From the IMG/VR virus record IMGVR_UViG_3300030372_001119, positions 1-32,428 of that record: DNA of 32,428 bases, one strand, 5' to 3'. The translations under genes and the position numbers were made by a program. Below the pieces are notes generated by a model. It had not been told where the DNA came from, ran no database searches, and was given only the letters and a program-made list of their open reading frames with translations. This stretch comes from a virus (taxonomy: Duplodnaviria > Caudoviricetes). This document shows, in pieces, positions 8,323 through 15,181 of the stretch. How positions within the stretch are numbered: the first letter of the stretch is position 1; each line of letters begins with the position of its first letter.

Positions 8323-8371
8323 TGTGAGTAGAAGATATACAATGGGGAGATTGGTTTTTCTTCTACTCACA
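8323..8371. promoter_or_regulatory. 13 bp stem-loop just upstream of the 8300 RBS
   Basis: TGTGAGTAGAAGA (8323-8335)/TCTTCTACTCACA (8359-8371). Confidence 0.55.
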
Positions 8372-8442
8372 TTAGCCTCATACTGGGTAGCTCGAAGCGT
8401 TCTGTCTGACCTAGTGGTCAAGTTCCCCCAGATATGAGTATT

Positions 8443-8475
8443 AAAAAAGCCAGTCGGTGTTAGCCGACTGGCTTT
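8443..8475 (-). terminator. intrinsic terminator
   Basis: 12 bp stem AAAGCCAGTCGG/CCGACTGGCTTT with U6 on the minus strand, about 10 nt after the stop at 8486. Confidence 0.85.
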
Positions 8476-8485
8476 GAATCAATCC

Positions 8486-9115
8486 TTAATGAACTGATGG
8501 CGCTTCGCCATCATCATTGGATTGATTAATCGGATTAACATCCGATTCACCTTGCATGAAAGCCTTGCTTTCTTCAAGGATGTCATCCATCTCTTGAGCC
8601 AAGCTCTGAGATGGTCTGCTTTCTTTCAAAGCAGAAGTGTTAGTTCTTCGTGTAACTTTCTTAGTTAGACGCTCGTCTAAATTCTCAGCAACTACATCGT
8701 AGTGAGCAAAGTCTCTGAAACCACCGAAGAACTCAAGAGCTGTGTCCAGCTCTGTGATAAATCCATCAACATATTCAAGTAACTGTTTAAGTCCTTTGAA
8801 TTCCTGAAATGTAACCTTAACATGTTCAGGCATTGGTATGGATTTATCAACCTTACCACCTTTAGTGTAAGGTGCTAACTTAGTTTCTAAAGCCTTATGC
8901 TTTTGTGCTATGGCACGATTAAGTATTCTCACAATCAATCTGTGTGATTCAGCAAGTTGTTTCACAACTTGATATGAAGTACTATTGAAGTACTTTCGTA
9001 CTTCACCAGTTGTTTCATCTGTATACTCACCAGCTTTAATACCTTTATTCCAAGGATGATTTTTAGTTAATGAATTGGACAAGATAGTGTCCACTATTTT
9101 AATTGTATTAGCCAT
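8486..9115 (-). CDS. hypothetical protein (209 aa), first gene of the leftward arm
   Basis: AAGGAGG SD (9121-9127) before ATG 9115 (MANTIKIVD...); followed by its own terminator. Confidence 0.8.
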   Translation of the reverse strand: MANTIKIVDTILSNSLTKNHPWNKGIKAGEYTDETTGEVRKYFNSTSYQVVKQLAESHRLIVRILNRAIAQKHKALETKLAPYTKGGKVDKSIPMPEHVKVTFQEFKGLKQLLEYVDGFITELDTALEFFGGFRDFAHYDVVAENLDERLTKKVTRRTNTSALKESRPSQSLAQEMDDILEESKAFMQGESDVNPINQSNDDGEAPSVH

Positions 9116-9486
9116 TTTGGCCTCCTTATAAAACCTACGGAATTGTAGGTTATGTAACCAACTAACCATGATTCGATGGTGACCAAACAAATCGACACAC
9201 TTCTGTCGATTTCCTTCGGCTTGTTTGGTGGGAATGCTTGGTTTGCAACGCAAACCTTACGCTTTCCCCCAACGAATCTTGGATTAGATTGGACATAACC
9301 GTACCATTTCCGCAGGTTTTATAAGGAGGGCAAAGACAAACTATATGCTGGCTAATACAATATAAAATAGTAGGACACTAGCTTAGTTTACGGGTCCAAT
9401 TCATTAACTAGAAATCTGACGCCCTGTCGCCGACTTCTTAGTCGGCGTCTACTAAGTGAAAAGGTACTTATAGCTGATGAGTATAC
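9021..9486 (-). repeat. long imperfect inverted repeat (arms 9021-9175 and 9273-9486), fold-back leader over the 9115 gene start
   Basis: The reverse complement of 9021-9175 recurs at 9273-9486 in blocks: cgaatc, acataacc, aggttttataaggagg, tggctaatacaat, taaaatagt, ggacacta, gtccaattcattaacta, aaaggta, tgagtatac. Confidence 0.92.
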
Positions 9487-9492
9487 CAAGCG

Positions 9493-9543
9493 TATATCAT
9501 TTTACAAAAGCTAATGGCATTAGCCAAAGAGTAAAATGATATA
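9493..9543. promoter_or_regulatory. central palindrome; candidate divergent promoter/operator
   Basis: Perfect 13 bp IR TATATCATTTTAC (9493-9505)/GTAAAATGATATA (9531-9543) enclosing GCTAATG-G-CATTAGC (9510-9524); each arm carries an outward-facing TAAAAT. Confidence 0.6.
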
Positions 9544-9628
9544 ACATCTTTAGATGTAATCGTCGCAATAGCTAATGAATCTTATAGCTATACTTGGATT
9601 GCCACGCAATCCTTATGTATAGCTGTTA

Positions 9629-9954
9629 ATGCTAAGTTTCGTCTGCAATTAACCTTAAGATTCACCAGCTATCTGTCGATAGAGCTTTCCTCTGTACTCG
9701 GCACCTTTGGTCGCCGAATTGTTATCATAACTCCCATAAGTATCTCCCTTATTATTAATATATCCTACTATATGGCGATTACATCATGGCAATAAGCCGT
9801 GTTGTTCGGCAAGCCGAACTGCCCGCACCCAGACATATTGCCATTCGTAGCCATATAGTTGACCAGATATATTATTAAGGGAGATTACTTATGGAAGAAT
9901 TAATACAACAATTAAGAGTACTAGGCATACTATATGCAGAAGGACACTTAACAT
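9629..9954 (+). repeat. second long imperfect inverted repeat (arms ~9629-9794 and 9836-9954), fold-back leader over the 9891 gene start
   Basis: Paired blocks ATGGCAATA/TATTGCCAT, ACTATATGGC/GCCATATAGT, TAATATATC/GATATATTA, TCTCCCTTA/TAAGGGAGA, CATAAGTA/TACTTATG, AATTGTT/AACAATT, GTACTC/GAGTAC, TCTGCA/TGCAGA. Confidence 0.88.
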
Positions 9955-10013
9955 CAGAAGAATACTATGAACAAAAGCTGATAATATCAGACAAAGCATG
10001 GAGTAAATCATGA
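9891..10013 (+). CDS. 40 aa SHOCT-like protein
   Basis: Read by hand: MEELIQQLRVLGILYAEGHLTSEEYYEQKLIISDKAWSKS*; AAGGGAG SD; L..L..L...G.LT.EE....K pattern. Confidence 0.7.
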   Translation: MEELIQQLRVLGILYAEGHLTSEEYYEQKLIISDKAWSKS

Positions 10014-10123
10014 GCATATTACCAATCATACTAGATACTTATATGCACATAACAGGATATATCGTACACTTTGTCATATTACCAGCTTACTTCTTCTTCA
10101 AGATATTCGATGTACCGTGGTAA
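10010..10123 (+). CDS. 37 aa hydrophobic membrane peptide
   Basis: MSILPIILDTYMHITGYIVHFVILPAYFFFKIFDVPW*; GGAG SD; ATGA overlap with the upstream stop. Confidence 0.6.
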   Translation: MSILPIILDTYMHITGYIVHFVILPAYFFFKIFDVPW

Positions 10124-10145
10124 ATCACAGATATTTTATTAGCCA

Positions 10146-10154
10146 TGTGGATAA
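10146..10154 (-). promoter_or_regulatory. consensus DnaA box
   Basis: TGTGGATAA is the reverse complement of TTATCCACA; it ends 5 bp upstream of a -35 hexamer. Confidence 0.6.
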
Positions 10155-10159
10155 CCCTA

Positions 10160-10189
10160 TTGACATGAAACGAATCATAACTGTATAAT
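10160..10189 (+). promoter_or_regulatory. sigma70-type promoter upstream of terS
   Basis: TTGACA (10160-10165), 18 bp spacer, TATAAT (10184-10189). Confidence 0.85.
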
Positions 10190-10220
10190 CGGCAGAGCAA
10201 CTAACCGTGAGGTATGATAC

Positions 10221-10592
10221 ATGGCTAATGATGTCACTAATTTAACAGACTTGCAGATGCAATTCGTGGATAACTATTTAACCAACGGAGGAAATGGTAA
10301 GAGAGCTTGTATCGATGCTGGTTACTCAGACAAGAACGCAAGTGTGCAAGCCAGTAAGCTACTGAAACTCCCACATATTCAACAAGCTCTTATGAAAGGA
10401 ACTGCAGAACACATCGGTATCGCATCTGCTAAGGCAATGCAGAAGATGGTTAACCTTTCTGGTGGAGCTAAGTCAGAGTATGTGCAACTCGAAGCGTCTA
10501 AGGATATATTAGATAGAGCTGGATTCAAACCGCCAGAAAGGACACAGCATCTTCTGGATGGTGACATCAAAATATCTATTGATTTGTCGTAG
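10221..10592 (+). CDS. terS: terminase small subunit
   Basis: LTDLQMQFVDNYL..GGNGKRACIDAGYS..NASVQASKLLK.PHI...ASKDILDRAG; GAGGT SD; upstream of TerL. Confidence 0.9.
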   Translation: MANDVTNLTDLQMQFVDNYLTNGGNGKRACIDAGYSDKNASVQASKLLKLPHIQQALMKGTAEHIGIASAKAMQKMVNLSGGAKSEYVQLEASKDILDRAGFKPPERTQHLLDGDIKISIDLS

Positions 10593-10715
10593 GGGGGGTC
10601 AAAACCCCTACTCCACTTGCTGTTACTTGTCCTCCTCAAACATTATTCTTAAAAAAAGCTCTTAAATATTTTTGTGCGTTAGGGTTCGTTAATACTGGTG
10701 TATAGTTACAACATC

Positions 10716-10976
10716 ATGTCAAATGATAACAACATAATAGAGTTTACAACAAATGATGATAACACAGGGCATACAACTGATTCTGTACTGGATCACCTTA
10801 TCAAGTATAGGGATGACATTGTATCTCTCACTTGTGTTGTTGAGCATGGCGATGGTAGGGTTGGAGTATATGCGGAGGATAAGGACATCTATACTCTCTT
10901 ATTCCAGAAAAATTTTTTGGATTATTTTGTCCGAAAAGCATTTAGCGATAGGGTGGAACACTACACGGAGGAATAG
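10716..10976 (+). CDS. hypothetical protein
   Basis: ORF with likely ATG start at 10716 (MSNDNNIIEF...); no clear SD; TATAGT at 10701-10706. Confidence 0.6.
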   Translation: MSNDNNIIEFTTNDDNTGHTTDSVLDHLIKYRDDIVSLTCVVEHGDGRVGVYAEDKDIYTLLFQKNFLDYFVRKAFSDRVEHYTEE

Positions 10977-11176
10977 TGGTAGGAGTAAAGAAGAAGAAGT
11001 TAAAGAGGGATATGACACCTCAGGAGCTACACCAAAACAAAAGGGGAGGACTTATAGGGCCGTGTCGTATATGCGAAAGGTCTGTGCATCAAGGAGATAG
11101 CTTTATTATTACTGGTGGTGATATAATACTTTGTACACCATGTTACGAGAAAAGGATCAGTAAGCGTGCAACTTAA
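10976..11176 (+). CDS. small C4 zinc-finger protein
   Basis: CRIC...LCTPC; GGAGG SD, GTG start overlapping the previous stop. Confidence 0.65.
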   Translation: MVGVKKKKLKRDMTPQELHQNKRGGLIGPCRICERSVHQGDSFIITGGDIILCTPCYEKRISKRAT

Positions 11177-12686
11177 ATACAAACCAGATGGTGACACCTT
11201 GAAAACCTTTATGAAAGATGATTCGTTCTTTCGTGGGCTTCGTGGTCCAGTAGGTTCTGGCAAATCTGTAGCATGCTGCATAGAAATGTTTAGGCGTGCC
11301 TTACTACAAAAGCCATCGGAAGATGGAAAACGGCGCAGCAGATGGGCAGTTATAAGGAATACTAACCCACAATTACGCACAACAACTATAAAAACATGGC
11401 TTGACTGGTTTCCTGAGAATGATTGGGGAAACTTTAGATGGTCTGTTCCCTTTACACACCACATAAAAAAAGGCGATTTAGATGTTGAGATTATCTTTTT
11501 AGCCCTAGATAGACCAGAAGATGTGAAGAAACTGCTATCATTAGAGCTAACTGGTATATGGGTGAACGAGGCAAGAGAGATTCCTAAGTCTATTATTGAT
11601 GCGTGTACTATGAGAGTGGGTAGATACCCCTCTATGAAAGATGGTGGACCATCATGGTATGGAGTTATATGTGATACCAACGCTCCAGAAGAAGATCATT
11701 GGTGGGCTATCATGGCTGGTGACTCTATAGTACCAGAACATATATCACGAGAAGAAGCATTAATGTTAGTGAAGCCTGATAACTGGGCATTTTGGAATCA
11801 GCCAGGAGGTATGATTGAAGATAAGAATGAGGAGAATGAGATTATAGGCTACAAATCTAACGATAAAGCAGAAAACAAAAAGCATTTAACCCCAGAATAC
11901 TACAATAATATAGTTAATGGTAAGACTAAATCTTGGATAGACATCTATGTTATGAACCGATTAGGTAGATTAGATGATGGTAAGCCAGTATATCCAGACT
12001 TTAATAAGCTCATTCATGTAGCAGAAGAACATATACCAGTAGCAAATGGTAATACAGTCTATGTAGGTATGGACTTTGGATTGACTCCAGCTGCCGTATT
12101 TGCCCAAAAAATTCGCGGAAGATGGCACATCTTAAAGGAAGTTGTGTGTATTGACATGGGTATCGTACGCTTTGCTGAGCTAATGCGACAAGAGATTGCA
12201 CAGAATTATCAGGGTTGTGACCTACAAATGTGGGGTGATCCAGCTGGTGATTTTAGAGCGCAAACTGATGAGAGTACACCATTCCAGATAATGAGAGGAG
12301 CTGGAGTACAAGTCTATCCAGCACCTAGTAATGATGTAAGTCTAAGGTTAGAGTCTGTTAACGCTGGACTAACTCGTATGCTTGAGGGCCAGTCTGGAGT
12401 AATCATAGATAAAAGATGTAAGGAACTTATAGCTGGGTTTGATGGTGGCTATCACTATAGAAGATTACAAGTAACAGGACAGGAAAGATACCAAGAAAGC
12501 CCTAACAAAAATAGATTCTCCCATGTGCATGATGCTTTACAATATCTGATGCTAGGATCAGGAGAAGGGCGAAGCATAACACATGGGGGAGCATTAAGAA
12601 ATGCCTTTCAAGCAAAAGCATCTTTTAATCCATTTGATAAACAAAGAGCTAGAAAAAAAGAAAAAAGTTTCTGGAGTAAGTTTTAA
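11166..12686 (+). CDS. terL: terminase large subunit
   Basis: Walker A GPVGSGKS, Walker B-like IWVNE, coupling motif DTN, RNase H-like nuclease GMDFGLTPA...WGDPAG...HVHDALQY. Confidence 0.95.
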   Translation: MQLKYKPDGDTLKTFMKDDSFFRGLRGPVGSGKSVACCIEMFRRALLQKPSEDGKRRSRWAVIRNTNPQLRTTTIKTWLDWFPENDWGNFRWSVPFTHHIKKGDLDVEIIFLALDRPEDVKKLLSLELTGIWVNEAREIPKSIIDACTMRVGRYPSMKDGGPSWYGVICDTNAPEEDHWWAIMAGDSIVPEHISREEALMLVKPDNWAFWNQPGGMIEDKNEENEIIGYKSNDKAENKKHLTPEYYNNIVNGKTKSWIDIYVMNRLGRLDDGKPVYPDFNKLIHVAEEHIPVANGNTVYVGMDFGLTPAAVFAQKIRGRWHILKEVVCIDMGIVRFAELMRQEIAQNYQGCDLQMWGDPAGDFRAQTDESTPFQIMRGAGVQVYPAPSNDVSLRLESVNAGLTRMLEGQSGVIIDKRCKELIAGFDGGYHYRRLQVTGQERYQESPNKNRFSHVHDALQYLMLGSGEGRSITHGGALRNAFQAKASFNPFDKQRARKKEKSFWSKF

Positions 12687-12762
12687 TGCACCTATCGTAC
12701 TTTGACATATTCGGTATTGCTGCGTTAATATCTCTATTATTAAATTATTGGATAGGTAAAAA

Positions 12763-13020
12763 ATGAGTGAGTCATTATTAAAAAGATTAAAACTTAGTGG
12801 ATATAATAAACCAAAAAAAACACCTGGGCATAAAACTAAATCACATGTAGTCTTAGCTAAAGTAGGGGATGTAATAAAAACAATTAGGTTTGGTCAACAA
12901 GGAGTGTCAGGCGATAAAGATAATACTGCAAGAAGCAGATCATTTAAAGCAAGGCACGCAAGCAACATAAAGAAAGGAAAATTGTCCGCAGCTTACTGGG
13001 CAAATAAAGTGAAATGGTAA
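12763..13020 (+). CDS. small basic phage protein
   Basis: NKPKKTP...KTIRFGQQG...SFKARH...SAAYWA motif I recognise as common in marine phages. Confidence 0.8.
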   Translation: MSESLLKRLKLSGYNKPKKTPGHKTKSHVVLAKVGDVIKTIRFGQQGVSGDKDNTARSRSFKARHASNIKKGKLSAAYWANKVKW

Positions 13021-13021
13021 C

Positions 13022-13138
13022 ATGAGTTTATTAGCAAACATAAAAAAAAGACAAAGAAAAGGTATTTCTAGGTCAAAGAAAAAAACAACAATAAGTAAAA
13101 AAGCATACTCTCAAATGAAGAAGGGTTGGAAAAAATAA
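13022..13138 (+). CDS. 38 aa very basic peptide
   Basis: Read by hand: MSLLANIKKRQRKGISRSKKKTTISKKAYSQMKKGWKK*; starts 1 nt after the previous stop. Confidence 0.65.
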   Translation: MSLLANIKKRQRKGISRSKKKTTISKKAYSQMKKGWKK

Positions 13139-13197
13139 TGGAATGTGCGTTGCTCATATTCTATTTACAAATACCAATGCAATAAGGATGAAAAAAT

Positions 13198-13401
13198 ATG
13201 TGTATAAAAACACCAAAGCCACCAAAGGAAAGTCAAGACGCAAAAGCAGCAAGAGCAGCCCAACTAAAGGGAGAGCTAGACGAGCGTACTAGACTTAAGA
13301 CTGAGTCAACTGAAGCAGAAAGATTATTGCAATCTGGGTTCGGTAGGCGATCGCTTATTAGTGGATTGAGTGGGGGTAGAGGCTATCCTCTAGGCTCATA
13401 G
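13198..13401 (+). CDS. small virion-associated protein preceding portal
   Basis: MC..TPKPP...GRRSLI pattern at the usual pre-portal position of this phage type. Confidence 0.7.
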   Translation: MCIKTPKPPKESQDAKAARAAQLKGELDERTRLKTESTEAERLLQSGFGRRSLISGLSGGRGYPLGS

Positions 13402-13404
13402 ACT

Positions 13405-14940
13405 ATGGTAGATAATGTAAAACAAATACTCGAAAGGTATAGTAAAGCGGAGGCTACTAAACAATTATGGACTACAACCTTTGAAGAATGTTATGAATAT
13501 GCACTACCACAAAGAGAAAGTTTTTATCAAGAATCTCAAGGTGCAAATAGACATGACAAAATTTTTGATGAAACAGCTGTAGTAGGTGTACAAGAATTTG
13601 CATCAAGACTACAAGCTGGAATTGTTCCAAACTTTGCCAGATGGGCTGACTTAGTAGGAGGACAAGAAGTTCCTGAGGAGGAAAGATTAGATGTTAACAA
13701 AGCTCTCGATGATGTTACAGAATATGTATTTGAAGTTCTGCAAAATTCCAACTTTAATCAAGAAGTACATGAAAGCTTCTTGGACTTGGCTGTTGGAACA
13801 GGTTGCTTACTTGTGGAAGAAGGTGACGCACTTAACCCTGTCAACTTTACAGCAATTCCGCTCCCTCATATCTGCTTGGACACAGGACCTCAAGACGATA
13901 TTGATACGATATATAGGAAAAGATTAGTTCGCTGCAAAGACCTTATGGTTGCATATCCTGATGCAGACCTATCATCTCAAATGAAACAGAGTATGATAGA
14001 TAATCCAGACAAAAAAATTAATATTATTGAAACAGTATATAGAGATTACTCTGTATTGCCTGATGAAAAATATCATTATTGTGTAGTAATTAAAGAAGAA
14101 AAGCGTAAGATAGTACACAGAGAAATGAATGGTAATGGCTCTAATCCATATATTTGTTTCCGTTGGGGTAAATGTGCTGGAGAAGTATATGGTCGTGGAC
14201 CATTGATGAACGCTATGGCAGCAATTAAGACTACCAATCTAACTGTGGAGATGATATTAGAAAATGCTCAAATGGCTATCTCGGGTATATACCAACTGGA
14301 AGATGATGGTATTGTTAATACAGATACAATACAGTTATTGCCGGGTACTGTCATACCTAAAGCACCAGGCTCGTCTGGACTCCAGCCGATCCAAAATGCT
14401 GGTGACTTTAGAATATCTGATATTATTTTGTCGGATATGCGTAACAACATTAAGAGAGCTTTATACAATGATATGCTGGGCGATCCGAACAGAACCCCAG
14501 CCTCTGCAACAGAAATTGCAGAAAGAATGGCAGACCTTTCAAGAAGAATTGGATCAGCCTTTGGAAGATTACAAGCAGAGTTGGTTACTCCAATCCTACG
14601 ACGAGTTATACATATACTTAAAAAACAGGGTAGAATAGAAGTACCACAAATTAATGGCAGAGAAATTAAAGTAGTAAGTATCTCTCCATTAGCACAAGCA
14701 CAGATGCAAACAGATATTGCATCAGTAGATAGATTTTTAGAATTAGTCATGGCTAGGTTTGGACCACAGATGTTACCTATGTTAGTTAAAGGTGATGAGG
14801 TTGCTAAATTCTTAGCTAAAAAATTCTCTGTGCCAGAGGATTTGTTAATGACTGATGCTGATAGACAGCAAGTTTTACAACAGGCACAACAGATGGGAGC
14901 TATACCAAATGACGAAACAACAGAAGATATTGGGTCCTGA
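13405..14940 (+). CDS. portal (head-to-tail connector) protein, T7 gp8/BPP-1 type
   Basis: 511 aa; FASRLQAG, SNF.QE.HE..LDL..GTG, RW....GEVYGRGP, SATEI.ER motifs. Confidence 0.95.
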   Translation: MVDNVKQILERYSKAEATKQLWTTTFEECYEYALPQRESFYQESQGANRHDKIFDETAVVGVQEFASRLQAGIVPNFARWADLVGGQEVPEEERLDVNKALDDVTEYVFEVLQNSNFNQEVHESFLDLAVGTGCLLVEEGDALNPVNFTAIPLPHICLDTGPQDDIDTIYRKRLVRCKDLMVAYPDADLSSQMKQSMIDNPDKKINIIETVYRDYSVLPDEKYHYCVVIKEEKRKIVHREMNGNGSNPYICFRWGKCAGEVYGRGPLMNAMAAIKTTNLTVEMILENAQMAISGIYQLEDDGIVNTDTIQLLPGTVIPKAPGSSGLQPIQNAGDFRISDIILSDMRNNIKRALYNDMLGDPNRTPASATEIAERMADLSRRIGSAFGRLQAELVTPILRRVIHILKKQGRIEVPQINGREIKVVSISPLAQAQMQTDIASVDRFLELVMARFGPQMLPMLVKGDEVAKFLAKKFSVPEDLLMTDADRQQVLQQAQQMGAIPNDETTEDIGS

Positions 14941-15181
14941 TGGATATGAAAGAAGTAAGAAAGATAATGAATTGTTAAATGATTTATTAACTACTACTTT
15001 TGGAACACCACATGGAATCGAAACACTTAAATATTTAAAATCAATAACAACAGAAAGAGTAGCTGGACCAGAAATAAAAGCTGATGCTTTGTTTCATTTA
15101 GAGGGCCAGAGGTTTTTAGTTGGTGTTATTGAAACAAGAATAAGACAACATCAAGCAACACAGGAGCAAACAAATGAATGA
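14909..15181 (+). CDS. Bbp19-like head protein
   Basis: TFGTPHG..TLKYLKSIT...LFHLEGQRFLV; between portal and scaffold. Confidence 0.7.
   Translation: MTKQQKILGPDGYERSKKDNELLNDLLTTTFGTPHGIETLKYLKSITTERVAGPEIKADALFHLEGQRFLVGVIETRIRQHQATQEQTNE

Noticed and set aside
9116-9253. N-terminal extension of the 8486 ORF given in the ORF track
   Set aside because: Non-ATG start inside the hairpin loop with no SD; a strong AAGGAGG precedes ATG 9115
9273-9486. Diversity-generating retroelement template repeat or simple pseudogene copy
   Set aside because: The copy is inverted, differs mainly by indels rather than adenine-specific substitutions, and no reverse transcriptase is in the window; its own frame gives only MLANTI*
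9474-9510. CTGATGAG resembling a hammerhead ribozyme core
   Set aside because: No GAAA after a stem II and no stem I/III arrangement; the word is explained as part of the antisense arm
9021-9954. Invertible segment or IS ends
   Set aside because: No invertase or transposase seen and the arms are too interrupted to be recombinase sites
11551-11580. TerL Walker B reads WVNE instead of DE, suggesting inactivation
   Set aside because: The catalytic Glu and all other motifs are intact; most likely a family variant
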